This document shows, piece after piece, positions 28,615-37,570 of a DNA stretch of 64,000 nucleotides (position 1 is the stretch's first letter; every line of letters starts with the position of its first letter). Made by a program: the position numbers and the translations under genes. The notes under the pieces are model-generated. The model ran no database searches and had not been told where the DNA came from. It worked only from the letters and a program-made list of their open reading frames with translations. Origin of the DNA: Candidatus Micrarchaeota archaeon (lineage in GTDB: Archaea; Micrarchaeota; Micrarchaeia; Anstonellales; Bilamarchaeaceae); contig CAZPPT010000006.1 of assembly GCA_964588555.1 (NCBI GenBank), forward strand, positions 12,092 through 76,091. Reading direction: 5' to 3'.

Positions 28615-28678
28615 TTTTTTTCTTTTACTTTTTTCCAAACATCTATAAATTGTATTCGCTAATCTTTATCGTGGCTCC

Positions 28679-30001
28679 ATGGTTGTAGGAAAAATCCGTG
28701 AAAACATCTATCCGATTACGCTTGCGGCAGTTGCGCTTCTTTTTATCGTCTTACTTTTCTCCATAGTGCGAACCGCGCTCTTTGGGGAGGTGGACCTCCA
28801 CAAGTACGCATTCTTTGAGATCAGCCTCCTTTTGCTCATTGCGGTCATTGCGGAAATCGGCGTCATCCATTCCAAGCAGCCAAGCGCGATACTCCTCCTT
28901 CTTGTCGGTGTGCTTATGAGCGAAAGCGTGCTTGGATTTCATATCTTCAAGGACGAGCACCTAATCCAGCTTTTTGCCCAGCTTGGTGCAATATTTTTAC
29001 TCTTTAAGGTCGGCCTTCATTCAAGCTTTAAGAGTATCTTTTCAAGAGAGAACGCACTTGTCGCGATCCTTGGCATCGTTGTCCCGTTTGTCGGGGGCTT
29101 TGGGTATGCGACGCTTACGGGAGGAAATTTTGTCTATGCGATGTTTCTTGGCGCCGCGCTTACCGCCACAAGCGTCGGGGTTACGGTTTCGATACTTAAG
29201 GAAAAAAAGCTCATGAATGAAAAATTTGCAGAAGTGATTATTGGCGCAGCAATCATTGACGACGTACTTGGCTTACTTGTATTGTCATTTGTGCTTAATG
29301 TTCCGGCAGGATATGAACTACCGCAGATCATCGATCTTTTTACAAGCGTTTTTACGGTCGGTATTACGGATGAATTCCTTGCATTTGCAATGCCGCTTGG
29401 GAGAGTTGTCCTTATTACGGCACTCTTTTTACTTGGCGGGATAATCGCGGGCCAATGGTTCGTGTCCCGTGTTCTTGATCGCCTTGAGATCGGCACGACC
29501 ATATTTCTTATTGCAATTGCATTTTTGCATTTCTATTCGTACATCGCAGAAGTAATCGGCCTCTCAGCAATTGTCGGCGCATTTATTGCAGGGCTACTTC
29601 TTACAAAAAGCAGGCACATTAAGGACCTTGAGGAAAAGGTGTATGCACTTGAAACGATGTTTGTGCCAATTTTCTTTATCTCACTTGGGCTACTTGTCAA
29701 TGTGCATGATGTTGCAGAGTTCTTTATCCCCATTGTTGTCATTAGCATTATCGCAATACTTACCAAGGTGCTTGCATGCAGCGGAGGCGCGCTTGCAACC
29801 AAAATAAAACCCATCGAATCAGCGATCATCGGCTTTGGCATGGCGCCGCGCGGAGAGGTTGCGCTTATCGTTGCCTCAATTGGTTTAACCCGCGGAGCGC
29901 TTGCCCCGCCAGAGTATGCCGTCATTACTGCCGTTGCGCTCATCACGACGATACTCCCGCCGTTTGTCATGAATTCCCTGATTGCGAAGGTGAAACAATG
30001 A
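28679..30001 (+). CDS. Monovalent cation:proton antiporter (CPA2/Kef-type)
   Basis: 12-13 TM helices with the Na_H_exchanger pattern (IGAAIIDDVLGLLVLSFV). Confidence 0.75.
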   Translation: MVVGKIRENIYPITLAAVALLFIVLLFSIVRTALFGEVDLHKYAFFEISLLLLIAVIAEIGVIHSKQPSAILLLLVGVLMSESVLGFHIFKDEHLIQLFAQLGAIFLLFKVGLHSSFKSIFSRENALVAILGIVVPFVGGFGYATLTGGNFVYAMFLGAALTATSVGVTVSILKEKKLMNEKFAEVIIGAAIIDDVLGLLVLSFVLNVPAGYELPQIIDLFTSVFTVGITDEFLAFAMPLGRVVLITALFLLGGIIAGQWFVSRVLDRLEIGTTIFLIAIAFLHFYSYIAEVIGLSAIVGAFIAGLLLTKSRHIKDLEEKVYALETMFVPIFFISLGLLVNVHDVAEFFIPIVVISIIAILTKVLACSGGALATKIKPIESAIIGFGMAPRGEVALIVASIGLTRGALAPPEYAVITAVALITTILPPFVMNSLIAKVKQ

Positions 30002-30513
30002 TCCGTGCCAAATACCTGATCCTTAAGGACAAACAGTTCTTTGAACTGCAAGATGGCTCGCTTCGCCTTTTAGGTCCCGCCGTTGAGATTGCTAAACACC
30101 TCAAAAAGGAAGGGTTTGAATTACTCCATATCATTGATCATGACGCAGAACGCGGGGTGGAAACGAATTTTGATGTGTACGACAAGCTTACCTATATTAT
30201 TAACGTTGAGGTAGAATGCGAGAAGGTCCATTTCATTAAGCGATTGATCGCACTTAATGTGAGGGTCGTCGTTTCATTACCAAGCGCGATCAACTTAACC
30301 GAATTTAAGGATAAAAAAAGACTGCTCGTCGGGAAAATAAGGGATTCGAATTTTGATGGTTCCATCGGAGACGTGCATGATATCATTGTTGAACGCGCGA
30401 GTTCGAGTTTCGATCTAATTAAAAAATATGAAAAACTTGGAAAACGGGTTATTATTTACAAAAGGGATTTTGAAAAGAAGATGGAACCATTTGTGTTTGG
30501 GGTTATTGATTAA
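29998..30513 (+). CDS. HisA/HisF-like (beta/alpha)-barrel paralogue with degenerate catalytic positions
   Basis: KYLILKDKQFFELQDG...ELLHIIDHDAERG...VRVVVSLPSA parallels the HisA sequence AIDLKDGKCVRL...WLHLVDLDGA...VQVGGGIR. The catalytic Asp and the GGGIR loop are not conserved. The ATG overlaps the antiporter stop. Confidence 0.4.
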   Translation: MIRAKYLILKDKQFFELQDGSLRLLGPAVEIAKHLKKEGFELLHIIDHDAERGVETNFDVYDKLTYIINVEVECEKVHFIKRLIALNVRVVVSLPSAINLTEFKDKKRLLVGKIRDSNFDGSIGDVHDIIVERASSSFDLIKKYEKLGKRVIIYKRDFEKKMEPFVFGVID

Positions 30514-30919
30514 ACGTTTCAGGTCCTTCCCCATCAAAGTAAATCCCGAACTGCGCCATGGCTTTTGCCAACTCACGGCAGGATGTACGCCCCAAATTTT
30601 TGATCTTAAGTATCTCATGTCTTGTTTTATCGGTAAGCCCTTCAGCAGTAATCCCTTCACACGCTAGCGCTTCTGTCAGTCTTGTTCTTATTGGTTTTTG
30701 TGGTACGTTGGCAATAATCTGGGCGAGTGTTGGGCCTGTGCGTACCGTCGTACCCTGACTTATTACGGATTCCAATTTACTAAGTTCGCCTTCGTGCTGT
30801 CCGCGTACTGCCGCTATTAAAACTTTTTTAACTTCTTTATCCTTGATTCTATCGATAAGTGCACGTAATTTCCCGTGTTTTCTTTCATCTTCACTTGTTC
30901 GGGTATATGTAAATGCCAT
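30503..30919 (-). CDS. Stand-alone RNA polymerase alpha-subunit C-terminal-domain-like (HhH) protein
   Basis: TRLTEALACEGITAEGLTDKTRHEILKIKNLGRTSCRELAKAMAQFGIYF matches the alpha-CTD pattern RSANCLKxxGIxTxGDLxxxTEEELLKIxNxGKKSLxEIxxxLxxxGL. Confidence 0.5.
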   Translation of the reverse strand: MAFTYTRTSEDERKHGKLRALIDRIKDKEVKKVLIAAVRGQHEGELSKLESVISQGTTVRTGPTLAQIIANVPQKPIRTRLTEALACEGITAEGLTDKTRHEILKIKNLGRTSCRELAKAMAQFGIYFDGEGPETFNQ

Positions 30920-31008
30920 ATATTTCTACTATTAGTAACTATTTAAAAAACTTGCTAAAAAAGGAAAAATTTGTTTTATTGTCAAAGAGCCAAAATCGCC
31001 ATCTAGAC

Positions 31009-31707
31009 CTATTTTGTCTTTGAATACACGACAAACCCGTTCTTTGTAATCTCCGCAGGATAGATTTTCGAAGAATGCGCCGCCCCTTTCATCTTTATTA
31101 TCTCAATCGCACGGGTCCGTTCGCGTTCCTTTGGCGAAAACAAGTAATAAATGTGGATCCATCCGTCAGTAAAGCTCTCAATGCCGTATCGTGTCGCAGG
31201 AAGCACGTCCTGTGTCGTAGCGGGCACGTCCTCAGATATGATGAGCGTTGTCGTTTGCCATTTGCGTATGTTCTCCATAAGCTTAATGAACCCCTTTTTG
31301 CGCTCGTCATCATTGTTAAAGAAGAGCGCCACCGGCATGACGGAGTCGATTACCACGCGCCGTACCCCTATCCGGTTGATAAGTTCCTGTATTGCACTGT
31401 TCTGTGCAAGAAATTGGTCAACCTCAAGTACGGGGTAATCAAGGAAAAGAAGCTTCTTATTCTTCTCCAACTTGTCAAGTTCCCATGAATAGCTTGACAT
31501 GTGGAAGTATACTGAGGAATGGGTTTCCTCTATTGCAATATAAAGGCCTGGTTCTTTTGATTCAAGGATGCCATTGACAAGAAACTGCATTGCAAGGGTG
31601 CTCTTGCCTGCACCGGTCGGCCCAGTGACTGCGATTACTGAATTCTTAAGAAGCCCGCCCCCAAGGACTCCGTCAAGGCCTGGAACGCCGCTTTTTATCT
31701 TTTCCAT
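31009..31707 (-). CDS. KaiC/RadA-like single-domain RecA-superfamily ATPase
   Basis: GVPGLDGVLGGGLLKNSVIAVTGPTGAGKSTLAMQF (Walker A) plus a Walker B and KaiC-like fold. The start is taken at MEKIKSG. Confidence 0.7.
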   Translation of the reverse strand: MEKIKSGVPGLDGVLGGGLLKNSVIAVTGPTGAGKSTLAMQFLVNGILESKEPGLYIAIEETHSSVYFHMSSYSWELDKLEKNKKLLFLDYPVLEVDQFLAQNSAIQELINRIGVRRVVIDSVMPVALFFNNDDERKKGFIKLMENIRKWQTTTLIISEDVPATTQDVLPATRYGIESFTDGWIHIYYLFSPKERERTRAIEIIKMKGAAHSSKIYPAEITKNGFVVYSKTK

Positions 31708-31711
31708 CGGT

Positions 31712-32197
31712 TCACCCTTCTTTTTTCTCAAGCAGTTTTTTGCCCATTGCCGCACGGTCCTGGACATACCGGTTGAATTGTTCACGCTCCTCCTTTGTCG
31801 AAACCCGTTCTGTGATGTACTTTTTTATACTAAACCAGTTTGCCGCCATGTTTACAAGAAGGGCATGTGCCTTGTCAAGGCTTAACCGTATCTCGTTTGG
31901 CTTCTGGATTTCAACAGTAAGCGGGTTGAATAATGCGCAGATGTTAAGGAGCGCCTCAAAGTCCCGTGTCAGTACCTTTACTTCGATTGTTGTTGAAAAC
32001 TTGCCCTCGTGTTCGATCGGTTCCTCGATTTCGCCATAGGCGGTTACCACGCCGTCCTGCTTGAGGATCGAGTCGACAAACGATGTCGCAAGGTGTTTTA
32101 CTTTATCGCTTTCGTTTGCATGGAGGTCAAAGTAAAGTATAGTAAGTACCCCCCCTTTTTGTACGGTGTCCTTTGTCAGCTTTTCTATGTCTGTCAT
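31712..32197 (-). CDS. Hypothetical protein, operonic with the KaiC-like ATPase
   Basis: 161-aa ORF immediately upstream and co-directional. Confidence 0.45.
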   Translation of the reverse strand: MTDIEKLTKDTVQKGGVLTILYFDLHANESDKVKHLATSFVDSILKQDGVVTAYGEIEEPIEHEGKFSTTIEVKVLTRDFEALLNICALFNPLTVEIQKPNEIRLSLDKAHALLVNMAANWFSIKKYITERVSTKEEREQFNRYVQDRAAMGKKLLEKKEG

Positions 32198-32229
32198 GAT
32201 ATACTAATAAGGAGCGTATATTATAAACA

Positions 32230-33069
32230 TTGCGAGACACTATTTTTATCATGGATACACGCAGAGACTTATTTATACGCAAGACGCGTGAAAGCGTCAA
32301 GGAGGCATTGCAAAGCCGGGATCGCCTCATTTCGAACGTCCAACGGAGTATCGACGAGCTTATGCGGGTCAAAAACTTCATCAGTGAACGCCTTGAGGAA
32401 TGGTATGCCGTTTATTTTCCTGAGTTGTATATCGAGGACAAGACGAAATATGCGCGCTTTGTGCTTGCATTTGACAAGGAAAATCCAGACCCGTCAGTAA
32501 TCGGCCCGCTTCTTGGCGAGAAAAAAACCCAATTCATCATCGACAAGGCAAAGACAAGCCTTGGCGCCCAGATTACCCTAGAGGACTTGCAGATGTGCAA
32601 GAACCTTGCAAAAACGATTATGGATATCGAGGCCCGCATTACTGAATACGAAGCATACCAGGAGCGCCTTTGCGAGGAACTTTGCCCAAACCTCGCACGC
32701 GTAGGCGGCGCGCCTATTGCGGCAAAGCTTATCTCACATGTCGGGTCGCTTTCAAAGCTTGCGCTTCTTCCGGCAAGCACCATCCAGGTGCTCGGGGCCG
32801 AGAAGGCGCTGTTCAAGCACCTTAAGAATAAGCGTATCGCACCCCCAAAGCACGGCATCATATTCCAACACGTCCATATCTCAAGCTCGCCAAAGGCAGT
32901 ACGGGGCAAGATTGCACGCGCACTTGCAAACAAGCTTGCATTGGCGGCAAAGGCAGATGCGTTTACCCATGCATCTATCGGAAACACACTTAAGAAGGAC
33001 TTCGAGCGACGCTACCAGTCGGTCATGGAGCGCCATGCCAAAGAAAAGGCAAAGGTAAAAGGGGCATAA
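32230..33069 (+). CDS. Nop56/58 (Nop5)-like C/D box snoRNP protein, short form
   Basis: Nop domain LGAEKALFKHLKNKRIAPPKHGIIFQHVHISSSPKAVRGKIARALANKLALAAKADAF. Not followed by a fibrillarin gene. Confidence 0.7.
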   Translation: MRDTIFIMDTRRDLFIRKTRESVKEALQSRDRLISNVQRSIDELMRVKNFISERLEEWYAVYFPELYIEDKTKYARFVLAFDKENPDPSVIGPLLGEKKTQFIIDKAKTSLGAQITLEDLQMCKNLAKTIMDIEARITEYEAYQERLCEELCPNLARVGGAPIAAKLISHVGSLSKLALLPASTIQVLGAEKALFKHLKNKRIAPPKHGIIFQHVHISSSPKAVRGKIARALANKLALAAKADAFTHASIGNTLKKDFERRYQSVMERHAKEKAKVKGA

Positions 33070-33705
33070 ATGCGGATCCTTGCATTTTCCGACCTTCATG
33101 ATGACGAAGAGGCACTTCTTTTGCTGAAAAAATACGCTGACCGTATTCGTTTTGACCTTGTTTTGGTTGCAGGTGATATTACAAACAAAGGCGTTTCGTA
33201 TTGCGAAGACCTCATTACATTTTTTCCGCGCGCTTTCCTCGTTCCCGGAAACAACGAACCGGCGAACGTTATGGAATTTTTAAAAAATACTAAAAACTAC
33301 GTCCATGAGAAGCGGGTTGAGATTGGTAATGGGCTCAATGTTGTCGGTTTTGGGTATAGCAACATCACGCCGTTTGGCACACCGAATGAATACAGCGAAG
33401 ATGAGATATATGCCCGCATGAACAAGCTTGCGATCGACCAAAACACGATCCTTCTTCTCCACTGCCCCCCATTTGGTTTTTTTGATACAGTACGTGGAAA
33501 ATCAATTGGCAGCACTGCAATCAAACGTATCATTGAAGAAAAACAACCCTTGCTTGCAATCGCAGGCCACGTACACGAATACGAAGGAAGCGCAAGATTA
33601 GAAAACACAACCATTGCAAAGGTGGCTACTGCCCAAGTAGGCAAGGCACTCTCCATTACCATCGAGGCCAGAACCGTTTTTGTCGATAAAATTTCAATCA
33701 CGTGA
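33070..33705 (+). CDS. Calcineurin-like metallophosphoesterase
   Basis: Motifs AFSDLHD, GDITNKG, GNNE, HCPP and GHVHE. Confidence 0.7.
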   Translation: MRILAFSDLHDDEEALLLLKKYADRIRFDLVLVAGDITNKGVSYCEDLITFFPRAFLVPGNNEPANVMEFLKNTKNYVHEKRVEIGNGLNVVGFGYSNITPFGTPNEYSEDEIYARMNKLAIDQNTILLLHCPPFGFFDTVRGKSIGSTAIKRIIEEKQPLLAIAGHVHEYEGSARLENTTIAKVATAQVGKALSITIEARTVFVDKISIT

Positions 33706-34111
33706 TCCGATGGAGTTTCGCATCCGCAAACTTCGTGAAAGTGAGTATTCGAAAACACTTGCCCTCATCAGGTCGCTCTTTCCGCATCACTTGGTCGTAG
33801 TGGCGTCGGATGACCATGTTTTAGTTGCAACACGTGGTTCTCACATCATTGGTTTTATTCACTACTGTATAGCAGGCACAAAGGGAACCATACGGGGATT
33901 TGGGGTTGAGCCATCGTTTCGAAACCGTGGGATTGGAAAGGAGCTCCTCACACGCGCGCTTACTGTTCTTGAGAAACAGGTACGGTCGATCTACCTAAAA
34001 ACAACACCTGATAATCCGGCACTTTCCCTCTATCAGGGCGTTGGTTTTATTTCCTATCAGCCTTCCCGGCAGGGCAAATACGTGTATTTAGTTAGAAAAA
34101 GTAATAACTAG
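33680..34111 (+). CDS. GNAT-family N-acetyltransferase
   Basis: GFGVEPSFRNRGIGKELL acetyl-CoA binding motif A. Confidence 0.7.
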   Translation: MSIKFQSRDPMEFRIRKLRESEYSKTLALIRSLFPHHLVVVASDDHVLVATRGSHIIGFIHYCIAGTKGTIRGFGVEPSFRNRGIGKELLTRALTVLEKQVRSIYLKTTPDNPALSLYQGVGFISYQPSRQGKYVYLVRKSNN

Positions 34112-34872
34112 GTTTTCTTTAACCTAAAATATGCCTCCCCAAGCATTTCGGTAAGGTCGCTTGTGCAGAAGTTAAACCCCATTTTTTTTCTCAAGAGCCC
34201 TGCAGCATAACCGTTTACGTATGCAGCTGCACATGCAGCCTCAAAGAGGCCGTTCTTGCATGCAAGTGCCGCAGCAAGCCCGGCAAGCGAATCGCCCGTG
34301 CCGCCTTTTGTCATGCCCGGGTTATGGAGCGTATTGACGAACACGCGCGCCCCATCGCTGATTATGTCCCCGTCATGCCCTTTTTTGAGAATGACGCATG
34401 AATGTTTTTTTGCCATCTTTTTTACGTTTTCCTTAGTTCCGCGCACCCCGAATAAGCGGGCAAACTCCCCTTCGTGCGGCGTAATGAGGCAACCTTTTGG
34501 GACATGGTCCTTAATGCAGTTGAGCCCGCCTGCATCAATTACCATCTTTCGTGGATCTGCCGGTTGCTCAATGCTCACGCATTGCGGCCCAAGGCCGACG
34601 CCAAAGAGCGTACAATCAACTTTTTCAGGGATGTCCTCCTCAACTACGATTACTTCAGGTACTTGTTTTACTGCCTCAATAAGGTACATGTCGCGTTCTG
34701 CAGGGAGAAAATAAAGGAGGTCCACAAACCGCCGCGCCGCGTGGATTGAAAAGAGGGGCGCACCATGGTATTGGGCACTGCCACCAATAATAAGAAGCCT
34801 GCCGTTTTCCCCTTTATGGGATGCAGGGGGTGAGACGTACAACTCGCCGATCATTTGTTTAATCGTTTTCAT
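34108..34872 (-). CDS. nnrD: ADP-dependent NAD(P)H-hydrate dehydratase (YjeF C-terminal / NnrD)
   Basis: LLIIGGSAQYHGAP, ILKKGHDGDIISDG and GGTGDSLAG motifs. Confidence 0.75.
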   Translation of the reverse strand: MKTIKQMIGELYVSPPASHKGENGRLLIIGGSAQYHGAPLFSIHAARRFVDLLYFLPAERDMYLIEAVKQVPEVIVVEEDIPEKVDCTLFGVGLGPQCVSIEQPADPRKMVIDAGGLNCIKDHVPKGCLITPHEGEFARLFGVRGTKENVKKMAKKHSCVILKKGHDGDIISDGARVFVNTLHNPGMTKGGTGDSLAGLAAALACKNGLFEAACAAAYVNGYAAGLLRKKMGFNFCTSDLTEMLGEAYFRLKKT

Positions 34873-34933
34873 GCTCCTCGTTTCTATTAAACCTGATACT
34901 TATTTAAACTCGAGTATCGCAAGTACTAACTCC

Positions 34934-36247
34934 ATGCGAACTGCAAAGGTCGGCCTTGAGGTCGAACTTTTTACCCTGGATATGTCTGGAAAACTAGTAA
35001 ACAGGGCAGATGAGCTGATACATGCCGTTTCTGATAAGAAATGCCGCGACCACATACGCCCGGAAATCGGCACGGCAATGATAGAGGTCGGTGCAGTGCC
35101 AAAACAAAGCGCCCGCGCAACCGCGCTTGCGTTTTTTGACTGTTTTGAGGAACTCCTCCATGAAGCGGAAAAACTCCAGATACTCCTTTTACCCCTTGGT
35201 GCGCACCCTGCAAAGACATACACAATGCTTCGCTCAAAACCTTGGTATGATGCCCAGCGGCTCATCGTCGGAAATGATGCATTTGCCAACTCTGCAAAGA
35301 TCGCAGGTTTTCATTTCCATTATACGCTTCCTGCACGTATCGTAACAACTGAACGCATCCGAACGCTTAAGCGTTCACAATCTCGGGACATTTTCATTAA
35401 TCAATACAATTTCCTTATTGCTTCTGACCCCGCACTGCTTCTCTTCTCCCAGTCAAGCCCGTTCTGGCAGGGATTCCATTATGGCAAGGACTGTCGGGCA
35501 ATTGTGTATCGCGATTTTGAGGTCATAAAGGGGGCTTCGGCGCTTCGCGGGCTTTATTATCACCTGCCGTTTCTTGGCTCGCTTCCGGATTATGAGTTCA
35601 CCCTTGAGGATCTTCGGTTTCAGGCAGATGACCGTAAATCCGAGTGGATCAGGCTTTTACAGCTTAACCGCTTCAAACAGATTACTGAGATTACGGGCGT
35701 TCCGGCACTTAAGTTTATATGGGGGCCACTTCGGGTAAACAAGATTGGTACATTTGAATACCGCGGCCCTGACATGAATCATTTTTCAGTCATTTTCAGT
35801 ATTGCTGCGCTCCTGCGTTATGCACTTTCGGCCCTTGAGATGCAGGGGCTGCGTGCAGTGCCGTCAGATATCGGCATAACAGAACCGTTCAAAATTGAAG
35901 GCGACACTATCTATCTGCCACCACATGCGACGCTTAAGCATCTTGAGTATCAGGCAGCGGTAAACGGCTTTGACAGTAATGCAATTACGCACTATGCACG
36001 CAGGTTCCTTTCATGCATCCAACGAATCTCCGCACTTAATAAGTCGCCCCTTATAAAGCCGATCCGTACTATGGTAAGGGAGAAAAAAACCGCGTCTGAC
36101 CGGCTTCTTTCGCTTGTCAAAAAAAGCGGCCATGACCTGGACATGCCCGTGCCGGACTCATTCCTTGAATTTCTTGCATGTTCTGAGGCAAAAAAGGTAC
36201 GCAAGGATATTGATGAGTTGCGGGGGCGGATCTTAAGCCAGTTATAA
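34934..36247 (+). CDS. Glutamate--cysteine ligase family 2 (GCS2/YbdK-like carboxylate-amine ligase)
   Basis: VGLEVELFTLD N-terminal acid-cluster motif and GCS2 fold-length protein. The ORF extends to 34871. The start is taken at MRTAKVG to avoid overlap with divergent nnrD. Confidence 0.6.
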   Translation: MRTAKVGLEVELFTLDMSGKLVNRADELIHAVSDKKCRDHIRPEIGTAMIEVGAVPKQSARATALAFFDCFEELLHEAEKLQILLLPLGAHPAKTYTMLRSKPWYDAQRLIVGNDAFANSAKIAGFHFHYTLPARIVTTERIRTLKRSQSRDIFINQYNFLIASDPALLLFSQSSPFWQGFHYGKDCRAIVYRDFEVIKGASALRGLYYHLPFLGSLPDYEFTLEDLRFQADDRKSEWIRLLQLNRFKQITEITGVPALKFIWGPLRVNKIGTFEYRGPDMNHFSVIFSIAALLRYALSALEMQGLRAVPSDIGITEPFKIEGDTIYLPPHATLKHLEYQAAVNGFDSNAITHYARRFLSCIQRISALNKSPLIKPIRTMVREKKTASDRLLSLVKKSGHDLDMPVPDSFLEFLACSEAKKVRKDIDELRGRILSQL

Positions 36248-36619
36248 CGTTGCGGGCATGTTCTTTATCCGATATCCCTCAAGGATCGTCGAGGTACGCT
36301 TTATTTTCATTCGTTGTTCTTCATTAATGGTTCGGTCAAGAAGAAGCTTGTCCACGTATTTTCCGAAATCCGCAAGCGTTGTCGTGCCGTTTCCCATCAT
36401 CCTTTCAAGTACCCGTACTACCAGTTCCTTGCCCTTGCTGTCGCTTCCCCATATGGTGAGGGCAAGGGATATCTCATTTATAAAATGAACCTTGTCGCTC
36501 TCGCTCATGTCCCTCCAGCACGCAAGCATCCGTTTCTTTGCTTCGGTTGAGACTCGGTCAAAAACATCCATTAGTACACCCGCTACACGACACGCTTTAC
36601 TAGTTTTGGGGTCGGCCAC
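36242..36619 (-). CDS. Hypothetical protein
   Basis: 125-aa ORF, no motif. Confidence 0.4.
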   Translation of the reverse strand: MADPKTSKACRVAGVLMDVFDRVSTEAKKRMLACWRDMSESDKVHFINEISLALTIWGSDSKGKELVVRVLERMMGNGTTTLADFGKYVDKLLLDRTINEEQRMKIKRTSTILEGYRIKNMPATL

Positions 36620-36843
36620 TTCACACGCCCTGCCTCAAGTTCCCGCGCGAGCGCTTCTGCCGCACGGACTGCGGATGCGTCAACCTCAATTTCCCCCCCG
36701 CCTTTGCGCGCTACATTAAGCAATTCGTTCATGGTGACCTTACTTGGTCCCTTGCCTGCCTGCACAAGAGATGCAACTTCGTTTATTAATTTGGCAAGCG
36801 GGTTTGGTTCTTCACGTTCCTTGCGTTTCTGCGCCGTAGTGAC
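36583..36843 (-). CDS. Hypothetical small protein
   Basis: The ORF extends to 36903 into tRNA-Phe. The start is taken at MVTTAQ. Confidence 0.3.
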   Translation of the reverse strand, partial: VTTAQKRKEREEPNPLAKLINEVASLVQAGKGPSKVTMNELLNVARKGGGEIEVDASAVRAAEALARELEAGRVKWPTPKLVKRVV

Positions 36844-36880
36844 CATGTGCCTAGTATCTGCACTATAATTTATAAAAAGA

Positions 36881-36991
36881 TGCCACGGGCCTGGTTTGAA
36901 CAAGCGACCCCACCGTTCCAGCTTTTGGGAAAAGCTGGACCAAAACCAGCTATTCAGAAAGAACTTCAGCGGTGTGCTCTCCCGAGCTGAG
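36881..36991 (-). tRNA. tRNA-Phe(GAA) with canonical 37/38 intron (~47 nt)
   Basis: Minus-strand read: GCCACGG TA GCTC AGCTCGGGA GAGC A CACCG CUGAAG [intron with hairpin CCAGCTTTTCCCAAAAGCTGG] A CGGTG GGGTC GCTTG TTCAAAC CAGGC CCGTGGC A. Confidence 0.8.
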
Positions 36992-37097
36992 CTACCGTGG
37001 CATATAATAAAGTAAGTTCGTAAGGAAATAAAAAGATATTGGTGGCAATCGTGAGTCCGTAGGGGGGATTTATATACCTAATATGTGTTAATTATTA

Positions 37098-37390
37098 GTT
37101 AATGAGGGGCATGAGAGTTCGCTCTGACCTTTCAATAGGGAAGGTACAAGGAAACCGACGGTTTCCTTGAGTGAGGAAGTTCTGTCCACGAAAAGGAATG
37201 AGTGTTTAAGGCACAAAAGGACGAAACAGAAACGATACTGCTACGCAGCTGAAACGGTCGTCCTGAATTCCAATGATCGTGCAAGGCCTTTGCGCCGCTA
37301 TAAGTCCAAAGCTTTGCCGTCTTGGGCAAATTTTGTCCGCAAAGCGGACAGTCTCTCTTAAAATACAAAAGACAGACTATGCCCCTCATT
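37098..37390 (+). ncRNA. Structured ncRNA candidate, possibly a reduced RNase P RNA
   Basis: 5' GAGGGGCATGAG and 3' ATGCCCCTC form a terminal helix. Internal GAGGAAGTTCTGTCC and distal GGACAGACT could form a P4-like pairing, with ACAGAAA present. No convincing long ORF. Confidence 0.3.
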
Positions 37391-37405
37391 TTCACCTATT
37401 TTCGC

Positions 37406-37528
37406 TTTTGATTTGAAAAACTGGGTTCATACCCCGTTGCTTGCAACGAAACCCCGTTTTTCAAAGTTGTGCCCGAATGGGGCATACTCCGCCAGCTTGC
37501 TGCGGGGTCCCTTCGGTCACATTGATTG
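37406..37528 (+). mobile_element. ~120-bp structured repeat (MITE-like), copy B
   Basis: Second copy of 17565-17686. Several stem positions are mismatched relative to copy A. Confidence 0.5.
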
Positions 37529-37570
37529 TGAAACACCCCTTTAAATAAATTTTCATACATAATTTATAAC

